From NCBI RefSeq assembly GCF_003063625.1, contig NZ_CP026604.1, forward strand, positions 2,704,065 through 2,768,064: DNA of 64,000 nt. The letters are read 5' to 3'. Numbering within the stretch: the stretch's first letter is position 1; every line of letters starts with the position of its first letter. Below, piece by piece: positions 51,596 through 62,758 of this stretch. The notes beneath the pieces were generated by a model, which saw only the letters and a program-made list of their open reading frames with translations, did not search any database and was not told where the DNA came from. The position numbers were made by a program, and so were the translations under genes. The stretch is from Saccharobesus litoralis. Lineage in GTDB: Bacteria; Pseudomonadota; Gammaproteobacteria; Enterobacterales; Alteromonadaceae.

Positions 51596-53191
51596 ATGAC
51601 AACATTAGTCCACGACAACGAGCAACACGAAGAGCATCATCACCATGGTGCGCCAAAAGGGATTAAGCGCTGGTTACTGACAACCAACCATAAAGACATT
51701 GGTACTTTGTATTTATGGTTTGCTTTTATTATGTTTTTAATTGGCGGTGCCATGGCTATGGTGATCCGCGCAGAATTATTTCAACCTGGGCTACAAATTG
51801 TTGAGCCGCATTTCTTTAATCAAATGACCACTGTGCATGGTCTAATCATGGTATTTGGTGCGGTTATGCCTGCCTTTACTGGGCTTGCTAACTGGATGAT
51901 CCCTTTGATGATAGGTGCGCCCGATATGGCGTTGCCTCGTATGAATAACCTAAGTTTCTGGATCCTACCATTTGCTTTTTTCATTTTATTATTGTCTTTG
52001 TTTATGCCAGGTGGCGGTCCCGCATTTGGTTGGACATTCTACGCACCATTATCAACCACTTACTCCAGTGATTCGACAGCGTTGTTTGTATTCTCTGTGC
52101 ATATCATGGGTATCAGTTCAATCATGGGTGCTATTAATGTGGTGGTAACTATATGGAATATGCGCGCACCGGGAATGACATGGATGAAAATGCCTTTGTT
52201 TGTCTGGACATGGTTAATTACCGCTTTCTTATTAATTGCAGTTATGCCGGTACTGGCTGGTGTAGTCACTATGGTGTTGACTGACAAATATTTTGGCACG
52301 AGTTTTTTTGATGCCGCTGGTGGTGGTGACCCCGTTATGTTCCAGCATATTTTCTGGTTTTTTGGTCATCCAGAAGTGTACATCATGATATTACCAGCCT
52401 TTGGTGTAATATCAGCCATTGTTCCTACTTTTAGTCGCAAAAAATTATTTGGGTATTCGTCAATGGTTTATGCGACCGCTTCTATTGCTGGTTTGTCATT
52501 TATCGTATGGGCGCATCACATGTTTACTACCGGAATGCCGGTGTTTGGTGAACTGTTTTTTATGTATTGCACTATGCTGATTTCGGTTCCAACTGGGGTA
52601 AAAGTGTTTAACTGGGTGGCAACCATGTGGAAAGGCGCAATCTCGTTTGAAGTGCCCATGATGTTTGCTATCGCCTTTATTATTTTATTCACCATTGGTG
52701 GGTTTTCTGGACTGATGTTAGCGATAACGCCAGTCGATTTTCAATATCATGATACGTATTTCGTTGTTGCACATTTCCATTATGTGTTAGTGACGGGAGC
52801 AATCTTTTCTATTATTGCTGGCGCTTATTATTGGCTACCTAAATGGACTGGCGTTATGTATGACGTGGGGTTAGCAAAAACGCATTTTTGGTGCTCTCTC
52901 ATTTCGGTTAATGTGCTGTTTTTCCCTATGCATTTTGTTGGCTTAGCGGGTATGCCGAGACGTATTCCTGATTATTCAATTCAGTTTGCTGATTTTAATC
53001 AATGGATCAGTATTGGTGGCTTTGCGTTCGGATTATCGCAATTGATCTTTTTAGCTGTGTTAATCAAAGCGTGTCGTAAAAAAGGTGAACCTGTCGATGC
53101 TCAGGTTTGGGAAGGCGCAGAAGGTTTAGAGTGGCAGGTGGATTCCCCCGCGCCTTATCATACTTTCGATACACCACCTAAGATTAAGTAA
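51596..53191 (+). CDS. coxA: Cytochrome c oxidase subunit I
   Basis: Classic subunit I sequence (…GHPEVYI…). Confidence 0.95.
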   Translation: MTTLVHDNEQHEEHHHHGAPKGIKRWLLTTNHKDIGTLYLWFAFIMFLIGGAMAMVIRAELFQPGLQIVEPHFFNQMTTVHGLIMVFGAVMPAFTGLANWMIPLMIGAPDMALPRMNNLSFWILPFAFFILLLSLFMPGGGPAFGWTFYAPLSTTYSSDSTALFVFSVHIMGISSIMGAINVVVTIWNMRAPGMTWMKMPLFVWTWLITAFLLIAVMPVLAGVVTMVLTDKYFGTSFFDAAGGGDPVMFQHIFWFFGHPEVYIMILPAFGVISAIVPTFSRKKLFGYSSMVYATASIAGLSFIVWAHHMFTTGMPVFGELFFMYCTMLISVPTGVKVFNWVATMWKGAISFEVPMMFAIAFIILFTIGGFSGLMLAITPVDFQYHDTYFVVAHFHYVLVTGAIFSIIAGAYYWLPKWTGVMYDVGLAKTHFWCSLISVNVLFFPMHFVGLAGMPRRIPDYSIQFADFNQWISIGGFAFGLSQLIFLAVLIKACRKKGEPVDAQVWEGAEGLEWQVDSPAPYHTFDTPPKIK

Positions 53192-53242
53192 TTAGCGCAA
53201 GAGCCATTAACAAACACAGCTTTCATAACTGAGTACTTAGCT

Positions 53243-53854
53243 ATGAGTGAAAAAAAGCAAATCAGTGAAAACAGTAAGCAGCAGCTTGAGGCTAATAACG
53301 GCAAGTTAGTGGCTAAATTATGCTTCGCTGTGTTAGCTATGTTTGGCTTTGGATTCGCCATGGTGCCTTTATACGATGTGTTTTGTGAAGTTACGGGGAT
53401 CAATGGCCGTGTTGTGGTTAAAGCTAACAGTACGGATGTTGATCCTATTGATGAGAGCCGCATTGTCACAGTCGAGTTTATTACTCGTATAGCTAATGGT
53501 AACGACATGTCGTTTCAAGCATTAACCCAAAAAGTGCAACTGCACCCTGGGCAAATGAGTGAAGTGGCTTTTAAAGTAAAAAACCCTAGCCAGTACAAAG
53601 TGTTTGCTCAGGCTATTCCTTCTGTCTCACCAGGGCAGGCTTCTTTGTATTTAAACAAGACAGAGTGTTTCTGTTTTACTCAACAAGAACTTCAAGGTAA
53701 AGAAGAAGTGACCTATCCAATGAAGTTCTTTTTAGACCAAGACCTTCCTGAATCGATAACACTGTTAACGGTTTCTTACACGTTATACAAAGTGGGTTCA
53801 GAACAATTGGCATCTGCCGCTACGGAGGATAATCAAGATGTCGAGTCAATATGA
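53243..53854 (+). CDS. ctaG: Cytochrome c oxidase assembly protein CtaG/Cox11
   Basis: Single TM plus …CFCF… copper-binding motif. Confidence 0.8.
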   Translation: MSEKKQISENSKQQLEANNGKLVAKLCFAVLAMFGFGFAMVPLYDVFCEVTGINGRVVVKANSTDVDPIDESRIVTVEFITRIANGNDMSFQALTQKVQLHPGQMSEVAFKVKNPSQYKVFAQAIPSVSPGQASLYLNKTECFCFTQQELQGKEEVTYPMKFFLDQDLPESITLLTVSYTLYKVGSEQLASAATEDNQDVESI

Positions 53855-54719
53855 AAAATACTATGTTCCACCACAAAGCCCTTGGCCAATAGTTGGCGCC
53901 ACAGCGTTATTTCTTGTCGCTTTAGGGGCGGGGACCACGGTCTCTAAGATACATCAAACTGGCGATCCCGGTTGGGGTAAAACTGTACTGATTTTGGGGA
54001 TTGTTGTATTGCTTGTGATGATGTTTGGTTGGTTTCGCGATCAAATTAACGAATCACGTGCGGGTATGTATAGCGCGCAGCTAGGCCGCAGTTATCGTCA
54101 AGGCATGCAGTGGTTTATCTTTTCGGAAGTGATGTTTTTTGCTGCGTTTTTTGGTGCATTGTTTTACGCAAGATTGCTATCGATACCTTGGTTGGATGGC
54201 GCATCGAATAATGCTTCAACCGCTGCAATTCTGTGGCCTGAGTTTCAAGCGACTTGGCCGCTAATAAAAACGCCGGGGGGAACCGAAACCACGGCCATGG
54301 GGTGGGCGGGGCTGCCTTTAATTAACACGGTTATTTTAATTGCATCTTCGTTTACGGTTCATATAGCACATGTGGGATTAGAGAAAAATAAACGTAAGCA
54401 GCTTACTACTTGGTTAGGTATTACGGTTGTACTTGGTTGTATTTTCTTGGTACTGCAGGTCGAAGAATATATTCATGCTTATCGTGATTTAAACTTAACC
54501 TTAGAGTCAGGTATTTACGGCAATACCTTCTTTTTATTGACTGGGTTTCATGGTTTGCATGTCACCTTGGGAACGATCTTTTTAGCCGTGATGTTTTTCC
54601 GAGTTCTTGCTGGGCACTTTAGTCACGATAATCAATTTGCCTTTCAAGCTGCGAGTTGGTACTGGCACTTTGTTGATGTGGTTTGGCTGTTCTTGTTTGT
54701 ATTTGTTTATGTTCTTTAA
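53838..54719 (+). CDS. coxC: Cytochrome c oxidase subunit III
   Basis: Seven-TM subunit III pattern. Confidence 0.85.
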   Translation: MSSQYEKYYVPPQSPWPIVGATALFLVALGAGTTVSKIHQTGDPGWGKTVLILGIVVLLVMMFGWFRDQINESRAGMYSAQLGRSYRQGMQWFIFSEVMFFAAFFGALFYARLLSIPWLDGASNNASTAAILWPEFQATWPLIKTPGGTETTAMGWAGLPLINTVILIASSFTVHIAHVGLEKNKRKQLTTWLGITVVLGCIFLVLQVEEYIHAYRDLNLTLESGIYGNTFFLLTGFHGLHVTLGTIFLAVMFFRVLAGHFSHDNQFAFQAASWYWHFVDVVWLFLFVFVYVL

Positions 54720-54802
54720 ATAGTGTTTTGGGCAATCAAGCCTGCTTTTGACAGGCTTGGTTGCAATGGTGAATACCATGCTGAATATAAAGCTGAGAAG
54801 CA

Positions 54803-55009
54803 TCAGTATGGGGTTGGATTAATCTGTATCAATCCCAATGCGGCACTGAGGATGATTAGTAAAATGATTGCCGCAGAAAAAAGTAGTCGTTTACCTAAGT
54901 AGTGACTCATTGCGACTTCTTTTTCGTTTCTAACCATAATCATCATGGCACGAAATAAATTGTACAAAACGAATAGTAGAGCAATGACAATAACAAGTTT
55001 GATCAACAT
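54803..55009 (-). CDS. Twin-TM small protein (DUF2909-like)
   Basis: 68 aa, two TM helices. Conserved position in gammaproteobacterial cox clusters. Confidence 0.55.
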   Translation of the reverse strand: MLIKLVIVIALLFVLYNLFRAMMIMVRNEKEVAMSHYLGKRLLFSAAIILLIILSAALGLIQINPTPY

Positions 55010-55030
55010 AACGCATTCCTTTAATTAGAG

Positions 55031-55879
55031 GTGGTCTTGCAAATTACTTTAGGTGGCTTTTGGCCTAACGTACAAGTTTTAACCACAATATTTGTGATTA
55101 GTGTGTTTACGGCTTTAATGAGTTTAGGTTTTTGGCAGTTGGATAGAGCGGACTTTAAGCAACTGCGCATGGAACGGATTAATGCTTTACAAGGGCAGCA
55201 AGTCATAGGCATTAATCAATTACCGACTCAACCTGAGATGGCACAAGACTATATTGTTGTTGTCGAAGGACAATTTAAACCTGACTTTATGTGGTTGTTA
55301 GAAAACCAAGTTGTGAATAAAAAAGTGGGTTTTGATGTTATTGCACTTTTGGCATTAGTTAACGGCCAGCATGTTTTAGTGAATTTGGGGTGGATACCGG
55401 CAAACCAGAATATGATGCCGATGACCAACATTCAGCTGCCATTAGACAAAGTACTTTTTCAAGCTGTTGTTCATTACCCCAAAGTGAATTTGCTACAAAC
55501 GGAACTGCCGTATACGTTTAAAACGAGTGAGCGTTTACAGCAGGTTATTCCTAGTGTTTTGCAAGAGGTGCTAAATGTTGAGCTATTACCTTTTGTTTTA
55601 CTCAATCGCAATTTGCAAAGTAAAACAGCAAATGAAGTCGAGCTTTTGCAGGGTAATCCGATTCTTGCGGATAAAGTGGCGGATAAAAGTGCGGAAAAAG
55701 TAAGCCATCAACAAAAGCCATTACAACCCAGTTATTACATTAGTCATTGGCAACAAACGGTTATGCCAGCTGAAAAACATAAAGCCTATGCAGTACAGTG
55801 GTTTGCACTAGCAGCTACTTGGCTAATTCTTATCTTATGGAGGTTCACCAAGCAATGTCGAATAACGCCAAAAAATTAA
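55031..55879 (+). CDS. surf1: SURF1-family cytochrome oxidase biogenesis protein
   Basis: N- and C-terminal TMs. Syntenic position. Confidence 0.75.
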   Translation: MVLQITLGGFWPNVQVLTTIFVISVFTALMSLGFWQLDRADFKQLRMERINALQGQQVIGINQLPTQPEMAQDYIVVVEGQFKPDFMWLLENQVVNKKVGFDVIALLALVNGQHVLVNLGWIPANQNMMPMTNIQLPLDKVLFQAVVHYPKVNLLQTELPYTFKTSERLQQVIPSVLQEVLNVELLPFVLLNRNLQSKTANEVELLQGNPILADKVADKSAEKVSHQQKPLQPSYYISHWQQTVMPAEKHKAYAVQWFALAATWLILILWRFTKQCRITPKN

Positions 55880-56388
55880 ATATGTTGCTCATTTCAGCCT
55901 GCTTTTTACTACCCGTGTTGTTGGCTTATATTGTGTTAAAAATGGGATGGTTTAATCCGAGTAGTACCAATAAGGGAGAGTTGTTAAGTCCCTTGCGTTC
56001 CCATCATTTGGCTATTCATTCTACAGAGAAAAAATGGTTGGTTATGTATCAAGTACCTGAGGTATGTAACCAGCAATGTCAAAACAATTTATACGTAATG
56101 CAGCAAACGCATACCGCATTGGGTAAAAACCAAGATAGAGTCAGTACGGTTGCCATTAATGCCTCTAGCCAATTGGTTCAAGGCAGCCATTTACTAGGTA
56201 TATCAGTAGCTGACATAAGCAAATTGAGTTTTATGCATGACAGTCCGCAAGCGCTTTATATTGCCGATCCCATGGGGAATGTCATGATGCGTTATCAGAT
56301 TAGTGAAGATAAACAGCAGGCTATTATGGCCGCGAGAGATTTACTGAAAGACTTAAATAAAATGCTTAAGTTGTCTAAAGTCGGGTAG
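55855..56388 (+). CDS. Hypothetical membrane-anchored protein between surf1 and ctaA
   Basis: N-terminal TM. Conserved cox-cluster position. Confidence 0.4.
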   Translation: MSNNAKKLNMLLISACFLLPVLLAYIVLKMGWFNPSSTNKGELLSPLRSHHLAIHSTEKKWLVMYQVPEVCNQQCQNNLYVMQQTHTALGKNQDRVSTVAINASSQLVQGSHLLGISVADISKLSFMHDSPQALYIADPMGNVMMRYQISEDKQQAIMAARDLLKDLNKMLKLSKVG

Positions 56389-56396
56389 GAGGTGTC

Positions 56397-57467
56397 ATGA
56401 ATAAATTGGTTAAATTATGTCTCATCCTTACTTTAGTGGTAGTTGTACTTGGTGCCTATACTAGGCTGACGGATGCTGGACTGGGTTGTCCGGATTGGCC
56501 TGGTTGCTATGGTTTGTTAACGGTTCCGCAAGGTGACGAGGTTGCCTCAGCCCAACAACGTTTCCCTGATAGAGTGATAGAAGCTGACAAGGCTTGGAAC
56601 GAAATGGTTCACCGATATGTTGCAGGTACGTTGGGCTTGCTTGTTTTTGGCTTGATGGTTTGGGCAATTAAACGTCGCCAGTATGTAAAGCATTGTTTAG
56701 CTTTAAGTGCGGTTATTATTTTTCAAGCTGCGCTGGGTATGTGGACTGTGACACTGAATTTAATGCCAGTCGTGGTTATGGGGCACCTTGCTGGTGGCTT
56801 TAGTGTATTTTGCTTATTGCTACTGTTGGCATTGCGGCAAAGTGAGCGTCGAGTTGAGCTTTCAACAAAAGTACTGTTCAACAAGTTTGCGTTGCATAGT
56901 CGGTTTGTTTTTCGGTTAGGTGTTATTGCTACATGTGTGCTTGTTTTACAAATTTTACTTGGCGGTTGGACGTCAGCCAATTACGCAGCTTTAGTGTGTA
57001 CAAGCCTACCCGTTTGCCAAGGCGATTGGCTCAGTTTATATGAGCCGAAAGCGGCGTTTTCTTTGATTAGCCCAATGGCTGACACTTATGAATATGGCGT
57101 GTTAGATCACGCGCAAAGAGTGACAATTCATGTTACTCATCGGATTGGGGCTTTAGTTACAACCTTGGTTGTTTTGCTATTTTCCTTAGCTCTTTGGTTT
57201 ATCAGTCAGTCACCATTGGCGAAAAAAGTGGCGTTGGCAATAACCGGATTATTAACTCTTCAAGTGAGTTTAGGCGTGAGCAATATAGTATTTATGTTAC
57301 CGCTAAGCGTAGCTGTGTTGCATAACTTAGTGGCCTTGTTATTACTGGGTTGTTTAGTTATTAGTCTGACTTTGATTTATCAGCATCTAAAATTAGAGTT
57401 GTCGCAACAACAAAACTCCCGAATCTTTTGCAAACCAATTGATAAACAAACTGCGTTAGTTAACTAA
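56397..57467 (+). CDS. ctaA: Heme A synthase
   Basis: Multi-TM COX15/CtaA pattern with conserved His/Cys. Confidence 0.8.
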   Translation: MNKLVKLCLILTLVVVVLGAYTRLTDAGLGCPDWPGCYGLLTVPQGDEVASAQQRFPDRVIEADKAWNEMVHRYVAGTLGLLVFGLMVWAIKRRQYVKHCLALSAVIIFQAALGMWTVTLNLMPVVVMGHLAGGFSVFCLLLLLALRQSERRVELSTKVLFNKFALHSRFVFRLGVIATCVLVLQILLGGWTSANYAALVCTSLPVCQGDWLSLYEPKAAFSLISPMADTYEYGVLDHAQRVTIHVTHRIGALVTTLVVLLFSLALWFISQSPLAKKVALAITGLLTLQVSLGVSNIVFMLPLSVAVLHNLVALLLLGCLVISLTLIYQHLKLELSQQQNSRIFCKPIDKQTALVN

Positions 57468-57496
57468 CCTATGGAACTGGCCGGAGTATTATAAAT

Positions 57497-58432
57497 ATGC
57501 AAATTAATCACGCATTGTCTTCTTTAGTTCAACAAACTGAGCAGTTGAGTAGCCGAACTAAGGACTATATCGAAATCACCAAGCCTAAAGTGGTTTTATT
57601 GATTTTATTGACCGCTTTGGTGGGTATGTTATTAGCTCTTCCACAATTTCCAGAGCCATTGTTAATCATCGCAAGTTTAACTGGTATTGGCTTATTGTCC
57701 TCGGCCGCGGCAGCAATTAATCATTTAGTTGATTATCGTATTGATGTGCAAATGGCTCGTACCAAGAACCGACCTGTTGCTAAAGGCCGAGTTACCCAAT
57801 CTCAAGCTTTTATTTTTGCAGGTGTCATCGGGTTTGTCGGGTATGCGATTTTATATTTAGCGGTTAATCCATTAACAGCACATTTAACCCTGGCTTCCTT
57901 AGTTGGTTATGCAGTGGTTTATACCTTGTATTTAAAACGCGCTACACCGCAAAATATTGTTATAGGTGGATTGGCTGGGGCTATGCCTCCGTTATTAGGT
58001 TGGACATCGGTTACCAATCAAATCGACCCCAATGCGTTATTGTTGGTTATCATCATTTTTACTTGGACACCTCCGCATTTTTGGGCGCTAGCTATTCATC
58101 GACAAAAGGATTACGCTCGTGCGAAAGTGCCTATGTTGCCTGTTACGCATGGCCTTGAGTTTACCAAAACCATGGTATTACTCTATTCAGCGTTACAAAT
58201 GATAGTCGGGCTTTTTCCATGGTTATTTGGTTTGTCTGGTGTGTTATATTTGCTTGGTTCAACAATATTAAATGGTTACTTTTTATATTTGGCTTGGCAA
58301 TTGAAGTTTAACGATTCCACCGGTTTAGCATTTAAAGTTTTTAAATTCTCTATTTTTCATTTAATGTTGTTGTTTATTGTTTTACTTGTCGATCACTCAA
58401 TAATAACTATTTATGAATCGCAGCCATATTAG
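57497..58432 (+). CDS. cyoE: Protoheme IX farnesyltransferase
   Basis: UbiA-family motifs (…[19 protein letters not shown]…). Confidence 0.85.
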   Translation: MQINHALSSLVQQTEQLSSRTKDYIEITKPKVVLLILLTALVGMLLALPQFPEPLLIIASLTGIGLLSSAAAAINHLVDYRIDVQMARTKNRPVAKGRVTQSQAFIFAGVIGFVGYAILYLAVNPLTAHLTLASLVGYAVVYTLYLKRATPQNIVIGGLAGAMPPLLGWTSVTNQIDPNALLLVIIIFTWTPPHFWALAIHRQKDYARAKVPMLPVTHGLEFTKTMVLLYSALQMIVGLFPWLFGLSGVLYLLGSTILNGYFLYLAWQLKFNDSTGLAFKVFKFSIFHLMLLFIVLLVDHSIITIYESQPY

Positions 58433-59042
58433 CTTTGCCTTATTGTGCGCGCTTATTTTCGGGGTGCTATTAGGCTTTTATTTGAATAATAAGCCTATCC
58501 CTGAAGATACGTTGAGCAATGTACGTATCTATCAGCCTGAACGTAACCTTTCACCTTTTCAGCTAGTGGATCATACGGGAAAAGTATTCACAAACGCTGA
58601 GCTGCAAAATAAATGGAGCTTTGTGTTTTTAGGCTATACTTATTGCCCAGATATATGCCCGACGACTATGCAAGGCTTAGCCAGTGTTTATGCGCATCTC
58701 CAGGCTGTTGACCAGAATGTTCAAGTCGTGATGATTTCGGCTGATCCGCAGCGTGATAGTGTAGAGGTTTTAGGGCAATACGTACCGTTTTTTCACCCTC
58801 AGTTTGTAGGTGTAACGGCCGAACACAAATATTTACTTCCTTTTACCCGAGAGTTGGGGTTGGTATATTCGATGACTGAAGGGACAAGTCAGGATAATTA
58901 TTTAGTTAACCACTCTGCGTCAATCGTATTAATTAATCCGCAAGGTAAGATTGCAGCTTTAGTCAAACCAGACTTTTCTTTGACCCCACCTGTGGTTGAT
59001 TATGCGAAATTGGTCAACCTGTTAGAAATAGTGAAAGCTTAA
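58413..59042 (+). CDS. SCO1/SenC copper chaperone
   Basis: …[14 protein letters not shown]… CxxxC. Confidence 0.85.
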   Translation: MNRSHISFALLCALIFGVLLGFYLNNKPIPEDTLSNVRIYQPERNLSPFQLVDHTGKVFTNAELQNKWSFVFLGYTYCPDICPTTMQGLASVYAHLQAVDQNVQVVMISADPQRDSVEVLGQYVPFFHPQFVGVTAEHKYLLPFTRELGLVYSMTEGTSQDNYLVNHSASIVLINPQGKIAALVKPDFSLTPPVVDYAKLVNLLEIVKA

Positions 59043-59162
59043 ATTCGTCATAAAAATGAGTAAGTTAAAAAAATCATGGCAATTTTTAGTAAGCATTCTA
59101 ATATTGAAATACACAGGCCGCATAATTTTATATTTAGGACAGGACATTAGGTTCTTTTTGTT

Positions 59163-59441
59163 ATGGCAGATGAAGTGATTATTGAGCTTGGCGCGACGGC
59201 AACTATTGCTCAGGCAGAAGCTCTTTTACAAGAGTTTAACGAAATCTATATTTTAGGTCGTTGTATTACAGTTGATGCAAGCAAGGTTGAAAAAGTCGAC
59301 TCTGCGGTACTGCAATTACTTGTATCATTAAAAAAATCACTAGCGGTAGATGATAATAGAATAATTTGGCGGGAACCCAGCCAAGTTTTTGTGAGTTCGG
59401 CGACAGCTGTTGGTCTCGACGAATATTTAGAATTAAATTAA
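59163..59441 (+). CDS. STAS-domain protein (anti-sigma-antagonist-like)
   Basis: 92 aa. Position and size typical of the STAS gene heading F7-type che clusters. Confidence 0.5.
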   Translation: MADEVIIELGATATIAQAEALLQEFNEIYILGRCITVDASKVEKVDSAVLQLLVSLKKSLAVDDNRIIWREPSQVFVSSATAVGLDEYLELN

Positions 59442-59460
59442 GAATAATAGGAATCGGAAA

Positions 59461-59823
59461 ATGAAAAAAATTCTTGCTGTAGACGATTCAGCTTCAATGC
59501 GTCAAATGGTGACCTTTACGTTAAAAAAAGCGGGTTTTGACGTAACGGATGCAAAAGACGGTGTTGATGCATTAGAAATTGCTAAAGGTGCAGAATTTGA
59601 TTTGATCATCTCTGATGTCAATATGCCCAACATGGATGGTATCACCCTTATTAAAGAGCTTAGGGCATTGCCTAAGTTTAAATACACGCCAATGTTGATG
59701 TTGACCACAGAATCAGGGCTAGATAAAAAAGCGGCAGGTAAAGCCGCAGGAGCCACAGGATGGATTGTTAAACCATTTAATCCAGACCAACTACTTGCGA
59801 CAATTAACAAAGTTTTGAGATAA
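59461..59823 (+). CDS. cheY: CheY-like response regulator
   Basis: DD…D…K receiver motifs. Confidence 0.9.
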   Translation: MKKILAVDDSASMRQMVTFTLKKAGFDVTDAKDGVDALEIAKGAEFDLIISDVNMPNMDGITLIKELRALPKFKYTPMLMLTTESGLDKKAAGKAAGATGWIVKPFNPDQLLATINKVLR

Positions 59824-59830
59824 CTTTATT

Positions 59831-61981
59831 ATGAGCGTTGATCTCAGTCAGTTTTATGAAGTTTTCTTTGAGGAAAGCTTTGAAGGCCTTGATGCCATGG
59901 AGTCCGAGCTGCTGGATCTGCAGCCGGGCACACCGGATAGTGAAACCATTAATACCATTTTTAGAGCTGCGCATTCGATCAAAGGCGGTAGCGGTACTTT
60001 TGGTTTTACGTCGGTATCTGAATTTACTCACGTAGTCGAAACTTTATTAGATCAAATTCGTGATGGTCAACGCCTGCTAACTCAAAATCAAATTGATTTA
60101 TTTCTACAGTCGGTAGATTGTTTACGGGATATGCTGGGTGCTTTACGTAACAGTGAAGAGCCTGATACCCAAGTGAGTGGAGAGCTCAAAGCAGCTTTTG
60201 AACAAATCCTTAATGGTGGCGAAGACAGCCAGCAAGCCTTAACGTCAGCAACAGAATCTGAACCACAGCCCGAAGCACCTGCCGGTAATGCTCATTGGTC
60301 AATATCGTTAAAGCCGGGAATTGATATATTAAAAACCGGTAATGAACCTATTTTCATGATGCAGGAGCTAGCTGAGTTAGGTAAAACCAAGCTTGCAATA
60401 GATGTATCTAAAGTACCCACATTAAATGCAATTGAAGCTGACAACTTGTACCTTAATTGGCAAATTGAATTAGAGTCGGGTTGTGATGAAGCCGCGATTA
60501 ATGAAATCTTTGATTGGATAATTGATGAATCGGATATTCAAATTCAAAAGGTGGAATCAGCTCAGTCAGCGGGGGAAGGTAATGATAGCTTTGATGTAGA
60601 AGCTGAAAGTGTTGCTGCTTCCGCTAGTACAAACGAGCAAACTCCAGAGTCAAAGCAAGAACCAGAAAAAGGCGAAGAGCCTCAAGCCGTTGAGCCACCT
60701 AGTGGCACAGATGTAAAAGCCGCTCCTGCAAAAAAAGAAACCCCGAAAGCTAGCACTGAATCCAGCTCTATTCGAGTGAGCATAGATAAAGTCGATTCCT
60801 TAATTAATATGGTGGGTGAGCTGGTTATTACCCAAGCCATGCTGAATCAATTAACAGATGGTGAGTTTGACCGCGATAAGCTTTCGAGTATTCAAGAAGG
60901 CATGGCACAACTTGCGCATAACACACGGGATTTGCAAGAAAGTGTGATGCGCATTCGAATGTTGCCTATCAGCTTTGTATTTAGTCGTTTTCCGCGTTTA
61001 GTGCGTGATACAAGTAAAAAGCTAGGTAAGCAAATTGAACTTGTGTTAAAGGGCGAAAGTACTGAGCTAGATAAAACCGTGATGGAAAAAATTTCCGATC
61101 CCATGGTTCATTTGGTACGCAATTCAATGGATCACGGGCTTGAAACGCCTCAAGACCGTTTAGCTGCTGGCAAAGATGAAACGGGAATTTTAACGCTTAA
61201 TGCCTATCACCAAGGTGGTAATGTTGTCGTTGAAATTATTGATGACGGGCGAGGTTTGAATACAGATAAAATCAAACAAAAAGCGCTTGAAAATGGTTTG
61301 ATTAAAGACACAGATGAATTGACTGAGCAACAAATTAACGAGTTAATTTTTGAGCCAGGTTTTTCAACAGCAGACGCAGTCAGTGACTTATCTGGACGAG
61401 GCGTTGGAATGGATGTTGTTCGTCGTAATATTCAAGCGTTAAATGGTTCGGTTGAATTAGAATCGCGTCGCGGTGAAGGCGCAACTTTTACCATTCGTCT
61501 ACCGCTCACCTTGGCCATACTTGACGGTCAATTAATTCGTGTTGGTGAGCATGTTTATATTATCCCGTTAATAAACATTATTGAGTCGCTGCAAATAAAC
61601 CCTGAAACGGTTAATAATGTTGGCGGTGAATACGATGTATTGCGGTTGCGAGAAGAGTACGTACCCATTATCCGTTTGCACCAAGTGTTTAATCATGAAT
61701 CAGAAAGTAAAAAATTAGCAGAAGGCTTACTGGTTGTGGTTGAAAGTGATAATGGCAAAGTGGGGATTTGGGTGGACGAGCTGCTAGGGCAACAGCAAGT
61801 TGTAATCAAGAGCTTAGAGGCTAATTACCGTAAAGTGGATGGGATCTCTGGAGCGACTATTTTAGGTGATGGTACAGTTTCTTTGATCATTGATATAGGT
61901 GGTTTAGTTAAGCTTGCTGGTTTACGAAAAGCCGTTAGAGTGAATGCATTAGCAAATAATCAGGCAGCGGAGGCCATCTAG
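59831..61981 (+). CDS. cheA: Chemotaxis histidine kinase CheA
   Basis: HPt (…AAHSIKGGSG…), dimerisation, HATPase and CheW-like domains. Confidence 0.9.
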   Translation: MSVDLSQFYEVFFEESFEGLDAMESELLDLQPGTPDSETINTIFRAAHSIKGGSGTFGFTSVSEFTHVVETLLDQIRDGQRLLTQNQIDLFLQSVDCLRDMLGALRNSEEPDTQVSGELKAAFEQILNGGEDSQQALTSATESEPQPEAPAGNAHWSISLKPGIDILKTGNEPIFMMQELAELGKTKLAIDVSKVPTLNAIEADNLYLNWQIELESGCDEAAINEIFDWIIDESDIQIQKVESAQSAGEGNDSFDVEAESVAASASTNEQTPESKQEPEKGEEPQAVEPPSGTDVKAAPAKKETPKASTESSSIRVSIDKVDSLINMVGELVITQAMLNQLTDGEFDRDKLSSIQEGMAQLAHNTRDLQESVMRIRMLPISFVFSRFPRLVRDTSKKLGKQIELVLKGESTELDKTVMEKISDPMVHLVRNSMDHGLETPQDRLAAGKDETGILTLNAYHQGGNVVVEIIDDGRGLNTDKIKQKALENGLIKDTDELTEQQINELIFEPGFSTADAVSDLSGRGVGMDVVRRNIQALNGSVELESRRGEGATFTIRLPLTLAILDGQLIRVGEHVYIIPLINIIESLQINPETVNNVGGEYDVLRLREEYVPIIRLHQVFNHESESKKLAEGLLVVVESDNGKVGIWVDELLGQQQVVIKSLEANYRKVDGISGATILGDGTVSLIIDIGGLVKLAGLRKAVRVNALANNQAAEAI

Positions 61982-61982
61982 C

Positions 61983-62477
61983 ATGAACATAGAAGAATTA
62001 AATGCTCGCTTGGTTGAGTCAAGTGAAGAGGGCGACGAGCATATTGGTGATTTACTGCAATACTTAACCTTTATCATGAATGGTGAAGAGTACGGTGTTG
62101 ATATTTTATCGGTACAAGAAATTAGAGGTTGGGAGAAATGTACATCAATTCCTAACTCACCTGACTATGTCCGTGGCGTTCTCAACTTACGAGGAACTAT
62201 CGTTCCTGTGATTGATTTAAGAGTGCGTTTTGGTTTAGCCAATGCTGAATACAGTGCGGTGACTGTGGTTATCGTACTTAAGTTAAAGCAGGACGATAAA
62301 GATAAAATTATGGGATTGGTGGTGGACGCTGTGTCAGATGTACATGCGATTAGTGAGAGCCAAATAAATGTATCCCCCGATTTGGGCGACAATCAAAATA
62401 GTGAATTTATTACGGGGTTAGGTCAGGTGGGCGATAAAATGTTAATCCTGCTCGATTTGAATAATATTCTTGATTAG
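61983..62477 (+). CDS. cheW: CheW coupling protein
   Basis: 164 aa CheW fold. Confidence 0.9.
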   Translation: MNIEELNARLVESSEEGDEHIGDLLQYLTFIMNGEEYGVDILSVQEIRGWEKCTSIPNSPDYVRGVLNLRGTIVPVIDLRVRFGLANAEYSAVTVVIVLKLKQDDKDKIMGLVVDAVSDVHAISESQINVSPDLGDNQNSEFITGLGQVGDKMLILLDLNNILD

Positions 62478-62488
62478 AACAACCCTTG

Positions 62489-62517
62489 AGTAGAAGTGAG
62501 CCTTCTACTCTTTTTTA
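62489..62517 (+). terminator. Rho-independent terminator after cheW
   Basis: AGTAGAAG-TGAGC-CTTCTACT followed by CTTTTTTATT. Confidence 0.7.
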
Positions 62518-62758
62518 TTAGTTCTATATTTGTCCTATTTTATTCGTCCGACTTACTTGGCTTTTCTAGCCATTATACTAGCTGCTTGCATCTTCCTTCA
62601 TCATTTTATTTTTTGCAATTTCACGCAATAAAACAAGCTAATCAATAAGTTAGTTATTAAATTTCATTTCTATTTTCTGGTAATTGTCATAAAGCTCGAC
62701 TAACTTTAAAAAACCAAAATTGGGAATTTAATATAGTCAAACAGAGGTGGTGATCCAC

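Noticed and set aside
59502-60035. Minus-strand ORFs overlapping cheY/cheA
   Set aside because: Antisense to strongly supported che genes.
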